The translations under genes and the position numbers were made by a program. DNA of 63,889 nt, filler included, from Circinaria calcarea (Eukaryota): assembly GCA_051942165.1 (NCBI GenBank). It is 10 parts of 10 records of this genome, joined end to end, with 100 filler letters (N's around TTAATTAATTAA, not from the genome) between each part and the next. Parts side by side here need not be neighbours in the genome. Positions count along the whole stretch, not along the records: positions 1 to 6,321 come from JAVECS010001610.1; positions 6,422 to 12,737 come from JAVECS010001611.1; 8 more parts are not named here. One strand, written 5' to 3'. The notes under the pieces are model-generated. The model saw nothing but the letters and a program-made list of their open reading frames with translations, did not search any database and was not told the origin of the DNA. This document shows, piece after piece, positions 1 through 12,837 of the stretch. The stretch's first letter is position 1. Each line of letters starts with the position of its first letter.

Positions 1-177
1 CGGTAGGTTTTCCTTTAGCTTGGAAATATTTGAGGAAGATAGTTCGAGAGAAGGGATGACGGTGTCCCCTATTGCCATGAGGGTTATCCATTGTGACGGT
101 GTGAGTACATCATCTTCAGGCGGAGGCGGTAATGGGGATGCTAGAGGAGCGATAACACTCATTTGCTGGCTCGTCAT
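1..177 (-). CDS. N-terminal fragment of a long-chain fatty alcohol oxidase-like protein (runs off the window start)
   Basis: ATG at 177 opens MTSQQMSVIAPLASPLPPPPEDDVLTPSQWITLMAIGDTVIPSLE, open to base 1. The SPLPP..LTPxQWxTLMAIxDTVIPS pattern resembles the N-terminus of fungal long-chain alcohol oxidases. Absent from the ORF track. Confidence 0.65.
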   Translation of the reverse strand, partial: MTSQQMSVIAPLASPLPPPPEDDVLTPSQWITLMAIGDTVIPSLELSSSNISKLKENLP

Positions 178-1157
178 GGCCGATGCAGGGTGCGAATTGG
201 GGTTTGAGATCCGATCAACAGAAAATATACATAGATGATACAAGTAAATGACTCAAGTAGTTGAAAAGGACCATGAAAGCGTTCTCCGGATGGGACCTTA
301 GCTAACATATGATTGAATAGTACAGATTCATTGCTAAAAAAACAGATAGGGGCTTGTACTATTCTCCCCTTCATGTCCGCGGCTACGGCTGCACGTTTAT
401 CCTTGCCGCTTGTAAGGCTGCAGGTTGGGGGTCACCTTCTAGCTGACTCTGCTCCTCCATTACTGCCCGACTGGTATGATAAGCTCCTGGAGGAATATTG
501 CAATATGGAATAAGTGCGTAACAATTCCTACTAAGAAGTGACAGGACCGGGGATCTCAATCACAGCCCTACGCATACGAAGTGGCCTGAGCCCGCAGATC
601 ATTGGATGTGCCGCCTCTCATACCAGGACACTTTCATCTTGGCCATTCTCCAAAAGTGTTATGCGTCTCCGAATTATCAGACTGTACGGGGAACTGCGGT
701 TCTACTTCTTACCAGTTTCATGCAGAGGTGAACGCCAAGTGCCAGGTAGGCCAGTAATCCTTGAAGAAACCCCTTGCACTACTCCAGGCTGTGGGCGCAG
801 CACTGTCACAAGCTTTCAACAGACAGGAGCAAGTTTAATTTCATCCTAGATCAAGTATTCCCACGTACTCGTATATAGCTGGTGCATGTATAGTTGTTCA
901 CATTGGAGCTTTCGTGCTCTCTTGGTGCTATTTCCGAGCGGTAAGTGCATGTTCTGGTGAGTAGCGCATGTCTCTTGTATAAATGGGGCGAATCAGCTTT
1001 CTATTTCAACCGCCTCTCTTGTGCATCATTAATCTCGTGCAAGGTTGTGGTAAAGTAAGCATTGTTGTAGGAGAGTATAGTAAGTCTTAACATAACACCA
1101 TTGCTATTTCACCATGTCATCACGAACCAGATGTTAGTGAAAGTTTCCTATTACTGA

Positions 1158-2994
1158 ATGGACTCTACCCAGCATTCGGCATCAAGGCCCTGTCCAAGCT
1201 CTAGGGAAAATAGTCATCGGCCTTCAGGGAGTACTGACCGACGAAGAATCTCTCAGGAAGGTCTCGAGATCGTCCAGGCTCAAGCGCCCGATGACGGCAT
1301 ACAGGTCGTCTTTCGCGACGACGGGATACAGGTAGCCTTTCACGAATCGAAGACCAACTCACGCATATACCCCCAGCGCGCAACAGGAAGAGAAGAGAAA
1401 GAAGCAATTCCGCAGCCTGATTATACTACTCACCCACGCCTTCAAACCGGCTTAGTGACTGCCACTCCAAACCCCAGATGGAAAGCTTTTCCAAAATCGC
1501 GTCGGATCATAGTCCTCATCATGCTCATCCTCGTAGCCGTTCCGGCTACCGTGATACCTCTGGTTGTTATTTTCAAACCTCGTAATAATGTGAGAGAATC
1601 AAACATGTAAGCTACTACATTTCTGATGCTTAACTGAAACTTTGATCACGGATATTTATGATAATCGAACCACAGTCCAATCACAAACTCTACACAAAGC
1701 ACTATGCCGAGTTCTAGACCGAGTCCAATACCGAGCTCTCTACCCAGCTCTGCATCCAACTCTACACCCAGCTTTACAAACACTGCGCTACTGCCTAGCA
1801 CTTCTGGTATTACCAATTCACCAAATCAGCACCTCTCGACATCCGGCGCTTTCAACGGCTCAGGCCTCGCGACATCACCCGCTATCAGTGACCGCGACCA
1901 AACACAGTTGTTTTACCAAGCTTTCACAGGCGACCTGAGGGTTGCTGCGTATAGTAACTCGGGAGTTTGGTAAAAAAGTCGGAGTTTAGGGGCGAGGAAT
2001 GTATTCAATACAACCTCAATGGCAGCTGCATGCTATGTCACAGGTGGCGTCAAAGTTGTTAGTGCTACATTTACCAATAGAAGTGTGAAAATACTAATCA
2101 TCAGAAGTGTCGAATGTTTTACTTAGATCTGTCGGGCTCGCTGCAAGATATGGTTTCAACAAATATCACTAATTCTTGGAGCCCTGGGAATATCGGAAGC
2201 TACAATTTCAAAGCTCCTTTAACACAAGGCATCGGGTTGCTGGTATTGGAGAACGCCGATTACGGAATCGGCCAAACTGGTGGCGGCCTTCGCTTATATG
2301 TCGCAAATGAGCAGGGTCTAATTCAGGAATACGGATACGACGCACATACTCATTCATGGGCCAGCGGATTCACCTTTCCCGAGAGCAACGGATATGGTGG
2401 TGTTGGCAGTGAATACCGGACTGATAATGTAACAACGCTCTACCTAGTCAACAAGAATAGTAAGCTGGAGTATTGGTGGCGCGACTGGGACGAAGACCCA
2501 ACGTTTCCCTCAGGATCTTGGAATAAAGGTAAATTGGAACTCCTTTCACCCGAATACTCGGTTCGATTTTTTCTTCCATGTTTTCGACTGGGGTCCTGTC
2601 ATGGCTGCTGGCGTACGTGGTGTACTTTTCAATACTGCACGAACAATATTCTAACATTATTCTAGGAGCAGATACTCCAATAGCAGCACATCCGAACTCC
2701 TCTATCGTAGTGGATTGGACTTATCACAAGACTTACTATCAAGAGAACAACTTTGCAATTAATGGAATTTCTTACTCCGGTGATAAGGATACCTTCGGAT
2801 GGAATTCTTCGAATAATCCCGTTACCCAACAAGCAACTCCAGGCACAGCAATAGGATGGGGTTGGTCCTCCCCTAATGCTGACAACGGGAGCCCGTACCT
2901 CGCAACTTTATACTTTCAGACGAACGGGAGCAACGTTGTTGAATATAGTTATTTCGACTCGAGTTGGAAGGAGCTTGGTGATATCGCACTGTAA
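1158..2994 (+). pseudogene. Single-pass membrane protein with S/T/P-rich stalk and fungal fucose-specific lectin-like beta-propeller; in-frame premature stop
   Basis: Exons 1158-1606, 1676-2057, 2105-2528 and 2666-2994 splice in frame through GT-AG introns. TM helix IIVLIMLILVAVPATVIPLVVIF. Propeller-like repeats QLFYQ, RMFYLD..LQD, LRLYV..IQEY, TLYFQ..VVEY. TAA at 1971-1973 interrupts exon 2. Confidence 0.65.
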
Positions 2995-4780
2995 TAGATA
3001 ACTTTAGCGGGCCCCACTTCGTCTGTCTTTAAAGCAATCCAATGAAATGTTCAACCGGACTAAAACCAATTACTACCTGATGTGTTAACCTAGTACCATG
3101 GTGATCGAAATTCTATCCTAATTATAAATGACATGGTAGCGCTACCGAACCTCCGGACCCGTTGGTATCTTTTCACTAAATCAGCTCTGGGACCAAAAAT
3201 CTTGCTATTGAGAAGCTGGCCGGCATTTATACGCCCATTACTTCAAGAGATAGACTTCGTATTGAATAATGGTAAGGATAATCTAGTATAGATTTTATGT
3301 ATTTTATAAAGCTTTTAATGGGTTATTTAATGACTTGCTACTTGCTAATTGCCAGCTCTAAAGCCTTATTGCCTATTGATTGCTGAGATCCCACCTCGAC
3401 ATAGGTTCCCTCCAAGCAGGAAGATTTCTTTACTACTTCATGAACACAGCGAACATCGTGGACGGTGACTACTCACTGAATATCCACCACTAAGTTTGCA
3501 TGAACTCTTCGACATCAAGGAGTTGGATGTCTGTACGGTGCGAGCTGTACTATTGATAGGTCTGTATTTACTGGTCATCCAAGGTAGTGTAACCTACAAG
3601 ACCGATTGGATGCATGGTGGCAGGTATGTACGGAGTAATCCATGCATTAAGGAAAAGGGAAACAGTCACAAAACGATCAGGGCGAGGCAGAATGAGGTAG
3701 GCCGTTGGCTAATATACTTATTAGGTGCTTCCAAGGACGTTACACAGCGTTTTAACCCACTAGCGCCAACAAAGAACCCTTGCACAACCCAATCAAACGG
3801 TCTTCCAGTGTCGCTGTTGAAATAAAGGCGATGCAGTTTTCCGATACCCAGCAAGTTTTGAACCGGAAGGGATCCTATTCGTCAATCAATAAGCCTGTGG
3901 TGCAGGTACAGCCTCTCTCGAAAATTTTCACAGAAATGGGCACATTAATACTGTCTCACTAACTCGGAGAAGCTCCTTGAGGAATCCACCTTTTATACCT
4001 TTTGACTAAGGAACAATAGTCCTGTTAGCACTTCGACGACGTGTAGTGAAGCAGCTTTGATCCTGTTTTATACTTGAATTTCGAAAACTAGCACGGCATC
4101 AACGTTTGGAGAGAGAATCTCGGACCAATCTCTCTACCTTTCACTCCAGGTCCATGTTGGCGTTCTGAAAAGTAACCTTTCCTTCCCGCGGTGACACATT
4201 ATGTCCTCGAATGTCAATTCATACTCGGTACATCCTCTCGCACATTACTGAGACCTTACTCTGTACTGAGAAGCTAAACAGACCTCTCCCACTATTCCCT
4301 GGACTCCGGCAGAGACAGCGGAACAGATCAAAAGGCGCGAAAGTCGCGAATCCCGGAAGGATACTTGCAAGGTTTGTTGACTTGATGATACCGCCGGTCC
4401 TATATGCCTCATATTAACCAGACACCGTGTATAGGCTTTTCCTTATCACTCGAAAAATGCAATAAGAAAGATGCATTCGGTATGAGGCGATCATTGTGGG
4501 TAGCAGGGTGTAGAAGCTAACTCAACTGTGGCTTTAAGAATTTGATAACCCAAGCAAAGGTAAGCTACGATGCGCTTGTTGGTTCCATATTCATGTAGTC
4601 ACTCACCAGTTGCTTAGGGACCGAACAAAGAACGACCCCGACGTCGACCACGTACAAGATTTAGGCCTAATAATACCTTTGAGAGGCGAGCAAGTCCATC
4701 CTTGGAGCAAAATGGCGTGTGTTGAACTCCATAATGGTAGCAACAACTGTGTGTATTGACAATTTGTTCAGGAGATCGAA

Positions 4781-5773
4781 ATGGTATTTGAGTTGCAACC
4801 AACACCGAGTGGATCAATGTATGCACGTTTCATGGAGGCTTTTCAAGTGAAGTATTGTAGAGAGTGCCGGACCTCCACATCCACAGTCGAAGATATAATC
4901 CTTTCCTGCGCGGCGTGCGAGGAAGCATATCACAGGCGCTGCTGCACCAGTCACATCGCCGATGACGCGCAATGGATTTGTGAAAGATGCAAAACCTTAG
5001 AATCACGGATCATCAGGGTGCTTAGCATCGATCAAGTCAATGGCTTTCCCCACCAAGAACATTCACCATCAAGGAAACGAGCTCGGCATAACGAAGCGAG
5101 TTACTACAGCAAGAATCCCCATGTGAAGAATCTGCAGAATTTACCGCAGAACCTAAAGTATGAGGGAGCGATTCTCCGTCTGAAGTGGCGCTTGCAATGG
5201 AACAATGCCGATTCGGAGAAAGAAGTCCAGGGGCTCAAGAACCAGATGCAGATAATGTCTCGTGACACCGCAAGTCTCCGCCGTGAGCTTGATCGAAAGA
5301 CAGGCATTCTCAAAGAAAACAACGACTTGATCAGCTGGTTAAAGACAAGGATGACAGAAGGTTCGAACTCCCCCAGCCCGTTGGAAAAGACCGTCGATGA
5401 ACAAGCCGCAACTGTGAATGGTTTGAAAAAGGAACTCGCAGATCAGGCCGCTTCGATTACTCGATTGACCGGGGCGGTGACCGAGAAAGATAACGCCATA
5501 AGCACATTTCAAAAGGAAGCCGCAAGAAGAGACGCTTCTATAGCAGCCTTGGAAACGCGCGCCGAGGGACACGGTTTTATTTGTGACGATCTGCAGAGAC
5601 AGAAGGAGAGACTCCAGCTCAAAGAGGACGAGCTACATCGGTGGGGAGAGGCGTTGGAACAGAGCAAAACGGAGCTGGTAGCGCAATTGACCGAGAGGCG
5701 GCAACTCTCCAATGTCCTCACGCAGGGCTTAGGTCAGAGCATTAGCAGACTATTGAAGGGACCCACAGGTTAG
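4781..5773 (+). CDS. PHD-finger protein with long C-terminal coiled coil
   Basis: C4HC3 pattern CRECx12CAACEEAYHRRCx12CERC followed by a heptad-rich helical region. 330-aa open ORF. Start codon uncertain. Confidence 0.7.
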   Translation: MVFELQPTPSGSMYARFMEAFQVKYCRECRTSTSTVEDIILSCAACEEAYHRRCCTSHIADDAQWICERCKTLESRIIRVLSIDQVNGFPHQEHSPSRKRARHNEASYYSKNPHVKNLQNLPQNLKYEGAILRLKWRLQWNNADSEKEVQGLKNQMQIMSRDTASLRRELDRKTGILKENNDLISWLKTRMTEGSNSPSPLEKTVDEQAATVNGLKKELADQAASITRLTGAVTEKDNAISTFQKEAARRDASIAALETRAEGHGFICDDLQRQKERLQLKEDELHRWGEALEQSKTELVAQLTERRQLSNVLTQGLGQSISRLLKGPTG

Positions 5774-6321
5774 AACTTCACGTAATAGTCGGCCCTTGAA
5801 TGTAGGGACGAAGCCGAGGAAAAGCTAGGGAAAGATGGAGAGATGCTTTCGGTTCCATTCTACTCACATTTCACGTTCGTTGGGTAGTTCTCAACATCAC
5901 ACTACGTTCGGTTTACTCTGCTTACTTAGACACCCGAATAACGAAGCCTTACGCTCTCGGCCGTCATTAGTCTCTTTATAGTGTACTGAATTATGTCATC
6001 TTCGGGTTTGCTCTCGTTGAGCCATTGCCTTCCGTGTTCTCAATCACATCTACCATGAACGCGCCACCAAGTCTGAGACTGTCAGCTTGAACCATCAGAA
6101 AGTGTTCGAGGGACACTCACAATATTGCTGGCTCGTAAATGCTATGATGCTCATAACTGAGAGCATGGTCAGTCAAGATTGAGGTGTAGAGATTGGAATA
6201 TTGCATACCTCAGTGTCCCAACACCACCAGCTGGATATTGATCAGCACAAATACCCCATGTGAATAACTGGGTTGGCCTACCTTCCAAGAGTAAAGACAC
6301 ACCGTCTGTGAGCTTCCTCCC

Positions 6322-6421
6322 NNNNNNNNNNNNNNNNNNNNNNNNNNNNNNNNNNNNNNNNNNNNTTAATTAATTAANNNNNNNNNNNNNNNNNNNNNNN
6401 NNNNNNNNNNNNNNNNNNNNN
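6322..6421. other. Artificial contig spacer (N44-TTAATTAATTAA-N44)
   Basis: Identical 100-nt spacers also at 12738-12837, 19151-19250, 25560-25659, 31961-32060, 38362-38461, 44750-44849, 51134-51233 and 57514-57613. Segments between them fall from 6321 to 6276 bp. Confidence 0.98.
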
Positions 6422-9400
6422 TCTAACCATGTCCAACTATTCAATAACTACGGCTCTTCAGAGACATTGTGTTCGGTGACGTGCAGGTTCAAAAAGGGCG
6501 ACAGTGGTACAACAATAGGCTATGCAACCCCAGCGAACAGGTGTTGGATTGTAGATACAAACGATCATGATCGACTTGTCTCCATTGGTGGAGTTGGAGA
6601 ACTTCTTATAGAAGGACGGATCATCGCTAGAAGCTATCTTGACGATCAAACAAAGACGGATGCGGCATTCATTACCAATCCTGCATGGCAGCACGATTTC
6701 CCCACCGGAGTTTTTCAGCTTCAGCGATATGACAAAACAGGTGATCTTGTCCGGTATGGTCTAGACGGCAAGATTGTTCTGATAGGTCGTAAAGATTCGC
6801 CGGTCAAACTACGCGGTCAGCGTATAGAGCTTGCTGAGGTAGAATACTACCTCCAGCGATACCTACCTGGTGTCGGGGAAGTCCCAGCTGGAATCATCAC
6901 AATACCGGAAGCGAAAGAGCGTAAAGCCCTCGCTGCTTTCATTTGTCCAGGCCCTGAGCCGCAGTTTATTAGTTCTGAGAAAACTTCGACATGGAAAAGT
7001 CAATCGGAAATTGCTGGCCCAAATAGCGTTAAAATCTTCTGCTCAGCAGAGGGTTACCTACACCGAGAGCGCGGGTACATTGGAGACTTCCTCTAGCGAA
7101 GCAGAAACTCTATTGCAACATTGGCGACGGATTTTGCCAGTCACCTTAGCGACAGTTGGTGCCGATAGTAACCTTTTTCACATGGGAGGGAATTCAGTTG
7201 ATGCCATCGAGCTTGTGGAAAGTCTGCGTAGTGACGGCTTGTATTTGACCGTCGAGGATGTCTTTCGTCATCCCACACTAAACACCATGTCCCGGATGTT
7301 AAGAGTTGATCGAAATCAAAAAGATAAGGCACCTGCACCATTTGGATTGCTTTCACATTCGGAAATTGAAGGCCTATGCATCGAGACAGCTAATCAATGC
7401 AATATCTCTCTCTCGATGATCGAGGACATCTACCCATGGACTCCACTCAAGAAGGACTGATGGCTCTTTCAATACGGCAACACAGAGCATACGTAGCACA
7501 GCATATATTTGCTTTGCCAAAGGATTGGGATTTGGTGGCTTTCAAGGAAGCCTGGAATAGAGTTGTCTCCGAAAATTCAATTCTACGTACACGGTTAATT
7601 CAAACAGAGAACCATGGGTGGCTTCAAGTAGTAGTCCACGGGAAGGTCGAATGGGATGTCCTAGAAAACGTTGAGGCCTATCGAATCTCAGCTCTAAAAA
7701 CGATCATGGACTTTGGCGATCCTCTTATGCGTTGTGGTGTGATTTCTGCTACCGGCCCTAATGCTGCTCGATTTATATGGACAATGCATCATTCCATCTA
7801 TGACGGTTGGTCCCTTCCACTCATTCTTAAAAGCGTGCAAGAAGTGTACCAACGCAACCAAATGCCAAAGGCCGGCGGCTTCAACCGATTCATCCGGTAT
7901 CTACTGGAAATCGACCGAAAACTTTCAGAAGCGTACTGGCTGTCTCAGCTTGCTGATTGGGGGGGATCAGTGTTTCCCCGTCTTCCATCTACTGCGTACC
8001 AACCACGTCCTAACAGCATAGAGCGGTTGGATGTCCATATGCCAAAAAATAGTACAGGCCTTACAGCATCGACTATCATTAGAGCTGCATGGTCCCTCAT
8101 TCTTGCACGCTATACAGCAGAGAGTGATGTCGTGTTTGGCGCTACCGTTGCTGGTCGGTCGGTTCCTGTACAGGGTATTAAAGATATCATTGGCCCAACA
8201 ATATCCACGGTACCTGTGCGCATACATGTTGATTATGAGCAAACAGTAGAAGCATTCCTTCAAGAAATTCACTCGACGGAGATGATAGCTCATGAAAAAT
8301 TCGGGCTTCAGAATATCAACCGGATAGGGGTTGGTGCTGTCAATGCCTGCCAATTCCAAAATCTACTAATTATTCAACCAATGGTGGAGCAGATTGGCCA
8401 AAGTGGGCTGGAGCAGATTGCTATTTACTCAACCGATTATCTCACTTTCGCGCTGACCCTAGAGTGCAATTTGGTCAAAGATGGAATTAGCATTGAAGCA
8501 ACGTTTGATGATTCAGTCTTTGATTGCAGGCAGATAAAGAGACTTCTCTTACAATTTGAGCATGTTTTGTATCAAATTCAAGCTGGCTTTGAAGACGGTC
8601 GGAGGCTACAAGACATTACGGTGCTGTCTTCGGCAGACAAGGAGGAAGTTTCGAAGTGGAACTCTCACTTCCCCACAGTAGTGGATTCTTGTTTGCGCGT
8701 TCTCATCCAAGGACGTGCAAAGGTTTCCCCTGACGTACCAGCGCTATGTTCTTTGGATGGTGAAATGTCTTACCGGGAGTTAGATGCGTTGTCTAGCAGA
8801 TTTGGCCATGAACTTGCTATCCGAGGCGTGGGGCCAGAGACTTTTGTGCCCCTCTGCTTTGAGAAATCACTGTGGACTGTCGTAGCGATTTTGGCAGTTA
8901 TGAAGGCTGGAGGGGCCTTTATTCATTGGATCCCTCGCATCCTGTGGAGAGATTGGCCAGTATGGTTCAATCTGTGGGAGCCTTATTAACTGTTGCTTCC
9001 CTGCAACAATTGCCACTATGCTTAAGCTTAGCCAAAAATGTCGTCTCCCTTGACCGAACTTATGTCGAACAGTTAACCGTTAGCAGCTCAGGGCCTACTT
9101 CAACTGTCAAGCCTCACAATGCACTTTACGTAACATTTACCTCGGGGTCGACAGGGAAACCTAAGGGAGCTGTCGTCGAACACTGTAGCTGCGTTTCTGG
9201 ATTTCAAGCACAGGTGGACGCAGGTTTCTTCGAAGAAAACTCAAGAGTCTTTCAGTTTGCATCGTACAGTTTTGATAGCAGCATCGAGCAGATTCTGGCG
9301 ACTTTGTTGGCAGGAGGTACCATCTGCATTCCATCTGAGAATGAGCGGATGGGTGACCTTGCCGGTGTCATGAACCGACTCGCAGTCAATCTTGCAGATC

Positions 9401-11859
9401 TAACTCCTTCAGTCGCAAGTCTACTAGAGCCTGTGGAGGTTCCAAACCTCCGTGTTCTGAGGCTCAGTGGCGAGAACGTCCCAAACACTCTGATTCAGAA
9501 GTGGGCAGGTCGTGTACGCTTAGAGAACAGCTATGGACCCAGTGAGTGTTGTGTTACGAGCGTAGCAAATTGTCAAATTTTACTGGATACAGATCGTACT
9601 AACATCGGCCGCTCGATTGGTTGCTTGACGTGGATAGTTGAACCTAATGAACCCATGAAGCTTGCACCCATCGGCGCGGTTGGCGAGCTTGTCCTTCAAG
9701 GGCCTATTGTCGGTAGAGGTTACATTAATGATGCGCCAGCAACTGCTGCGGCATTTATGGAACATGCATCTTGGTTAGATTTCAATGGTAACTTTCAATC
9801 ACGACTGTACCGGACAGGGGATCTCGCACGGTACGATAGTGAGGGAAATGTGCTTTTCGTCGGAAGAAAGGATACACAGGTTAAACTGAGAGGGCAAAGA
9901 ATTGAATTGGGTGAGATCGAATGCCTTTTGACAACGCAAGTAGCCGGGGCAGCATCCGTGGCTGTTGTGCCACGTTCTGGTGCATATTGCGATCGCATAA
10001 TAGCAGCCCTTCAGCCGCGGAATCTTGCTGGAAGTACAGAGGACTTGAACCAGTATGGAGTTCGGTTGATTCCTACAGAATTGCTATCATCCGCCGACGC
10101 GGAGATCGCACACTTGCAGCTCTATCTGGAGAAGGTCTTACCAAATTATATGATTCCTTCGGCCTGGGCTGTTGTCGAGCAGTTTCCGTTACTGAACTCG
10201 GGGAAGCTAGACCGTAAGGCAATTGGTCAATGGATTTCAAATATCGACCAAGAAGAGCGATACCCTGTTAGGACGGTTTCTTTCAATGCCCAGACTCTAT
10301 TACCTATACCATCGACTGAGCATCTGGCACTACAGCTCAGCTCAAAGATTACTATCTTGGTTGCTAACCATGATGTACAATTGGGAGCGGGTGCAAGATG
10401 ACAAGACATGGCATTGCAAAATACTGGCTTGGACTCCATATCAATTATTGCTCTCTTGAAAGATATTAACAAGGTGTACTCAGTCAGCTTAGATTTGGGC
10501 GTTCTACTACAGGGAATAACCATTCGAGAGCTTGCTCGACATATCGAAAGCACGAGAAACGGAGTTGAAACAAACTTGACTCTAGAAGTAGGTTCCACCA
10601 GATTAGATTTTGTCCAAGAAGTCGACGGTCTCAGATCTCAGTTTTTAGATTCTATGACGTATCAAAGGCATGTAACGTCCTCACCTCGGCAAAGCCTGCA
10701 GACAATCTTCCTTACCGGTGCTACTGGCTATCTTGGAACACAAATCTTACGAGATTCTCTCAATCGACCTGGAATTGGGAAGGTCATTGCCCACGTACGA
10801 GCCAAGACCCCGGAGGAGGGCATACAAAGACTAATTCGTTCAGCCAAGGCTGCAAATTGGTGGTTAGATAAGTATGCCGCTCAGCTAGAGATTTGGATCG
10901 GAGATCTAAGGGAGCCTCCTCTGGGGTTAACCACTCACTAGTGGCATAGACTATGCGGCGCCGCATTACCAGATGATTGCGTCAATATCATTATTCATAA
11001 TGGCGCAGGGGTCAATTGGTACAGCGACTATGCAACCCTCAAGAATGCAAATGTGCTTTCAGTGGCTTACCTGTTGCAAGCTGTAAAGCTCTCAAGCTCC
11101 GCCACGAAGTTCGTGTACATCTCTGGGGGGCCGCAATGGGATCGAGATTCGGAAGACGATAGCGAGGAGAGGTTCAAGGCTCAGCTAACTGACACTAATG
11201 GATATGGCCAGTCGAAGCTGGTAGCAGAGAGATTGGTAATAAGCCCACTCCGGACATCGACCATTTTTGAAAACCAGTTATCGATTATCAAACCTGGTTT
11301 TGTCATCGGCACGAGTACCGAAGGTTTTGCCGACGTTGACGATTTCATCTGGCGGATTGTAGCTGGGTCTATCTCCATCCGAGGTTACAGTGAAGAAATC
11401 GAAGCGTCATGGATATTCGTGTCGAGTACCAATGACTTCTCGGGTCACGTCCTTGGCTGTCTCGACCAGGATCAAGGCAGCTGTCAGACGGTCCACAAGC
11501 TGCTCGGCGGGCTCCTTGTCCGCGACTTCTGGAGCGTGATCACAAGGACGTGTGGGTTGGGTTTGCAGCCACTGAAACATGACGAGTGGCTGATGCGACT
11601 TCGAGCGGACGTGAACGAGAAAGGTGACAGGCACCCTTGTTACCCAATCCTGCACATGGCAGAGCAAGGCCCAGAGGTGCTGGGTGCCCGAAAACCCGCG
11701 GCTTTGGTGGACACGGGCCCCGACGCTAAATTGGTCAGGGCTATTGAAAGGAATGTCCAGTATCTCTCCGATCTCGGGTTTTTACCCGGCAAAGCCCAGA
11801 CACAGCGGCCGGCTAAGCAAGAAGGAATCTTCCAGAGAAGGGGAAGGGTGAGCGTGTAA
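6422..11859 (+). pseudogene. NRPS 3' portion, (A)-T-C-A-T-R with terminal thioester reductase; multiply disrupted
   Basis: First A: NNYGSSE, GELLIEG, KTGDL, KLRGQRIEL. T: GGNSV. C: HHSIYDGWS. Second A: YVTFTSGSTGKPKG, NSYGPSE, YRTGDL, LPNYMIP, SGKLDRK. T: GLDSI. R: LTGATGYLG and GYGQSK (YxxxK). Frameshifts near 6992, 7447 and 8924. In-frame stops at 10399-10401 (TGA) and 10939-10941 (TAG). 5' end cut by the contig edge. Confidence 0.92.
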
Positions 11860-12837
11860 CGCTCGATTCTTGAGAATTTTATATCATTCGTATACTCCTT
11901 GGGGGGTTTTTTTTATATAAAAAGTATAGAGCCATTGCATTCGAAGACAATACAGCTTGCACTTTTGATCGCTGTACCAATAAAACTGCTATGCTGCGTG
12001 TATAGCGTGTTATGTTCGAACAATGAATCCCCCCCCCCCAAAAAAACCCCCCCATGCATACGCCAAAACCTAATACTAAAACCCAACCAACCCCTTTCCA
12101 GTCCAGCTCCTTCGGTCTGCACCACAATCCTTCTCCTCCTACGAATTTACCTGGTCCTCCTAATTCAACTTCACTGCCCATCTGAGAATACTTGTAACAC
12201 GCGCAAGCGCGCAGGCCCTGAAATGATTTTTTGCTTATATATCTCACGCATTTTATTACGCCTAGGTATTGTTAATTATTTGGGTTAGTTAATTAATCAT
12301 TCGTTATTATAAAAAATACTAATTCTATTATTGGGGCGCGTGTTGCCGTAATGTTTTATTTGTTAAATAGAGAGCCAAGCATACCAGTGCGGACCACCAA
12401 CTCGCATTCACTAGCGACTCGCAACTCGAAAATTTAAAAACTTGAAATAAACCTACAAATATCACAACTCTTAATGATTTATTATGTGATGAAGATAATA
12501 CATGATGTGAATTAAGTCTATAGCTCTACATCACTGTAAACACGTAGTTTATAATTTTCTATGGTGTAGACGCCATGCTCAATGCGCTCCTCCCCAATGT
12601 AATGGCGCCACCGGTCGTGATCAGTACTGCGCGTACCAAGGGTATTCAGGAGGATGATCCGAGTGATCCCTTGTGTAACGTATGGGATCAATGGGAGCAC
12701 TGGTGATCCAAGTGATCCGGTTGATCTGGTCATGGAGNNNNNNNNNNNNNNNNNNNNNNNNNNNNNNNNNNNNNNNNNNNNTTAATTAATTAANNNNNNN
12801 NNNNNNNNNNNNNNNNNNNNNNNNNNNNNNNNNNNNN

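Noticed and set aside
10939..10941. TAG as a stop corrected by A-to-I editing
   Set aside because: The next codon already supplies the expected Trp, so TAG most likely replaced CAG. The gene also has frameshifts that editing cannot fix.
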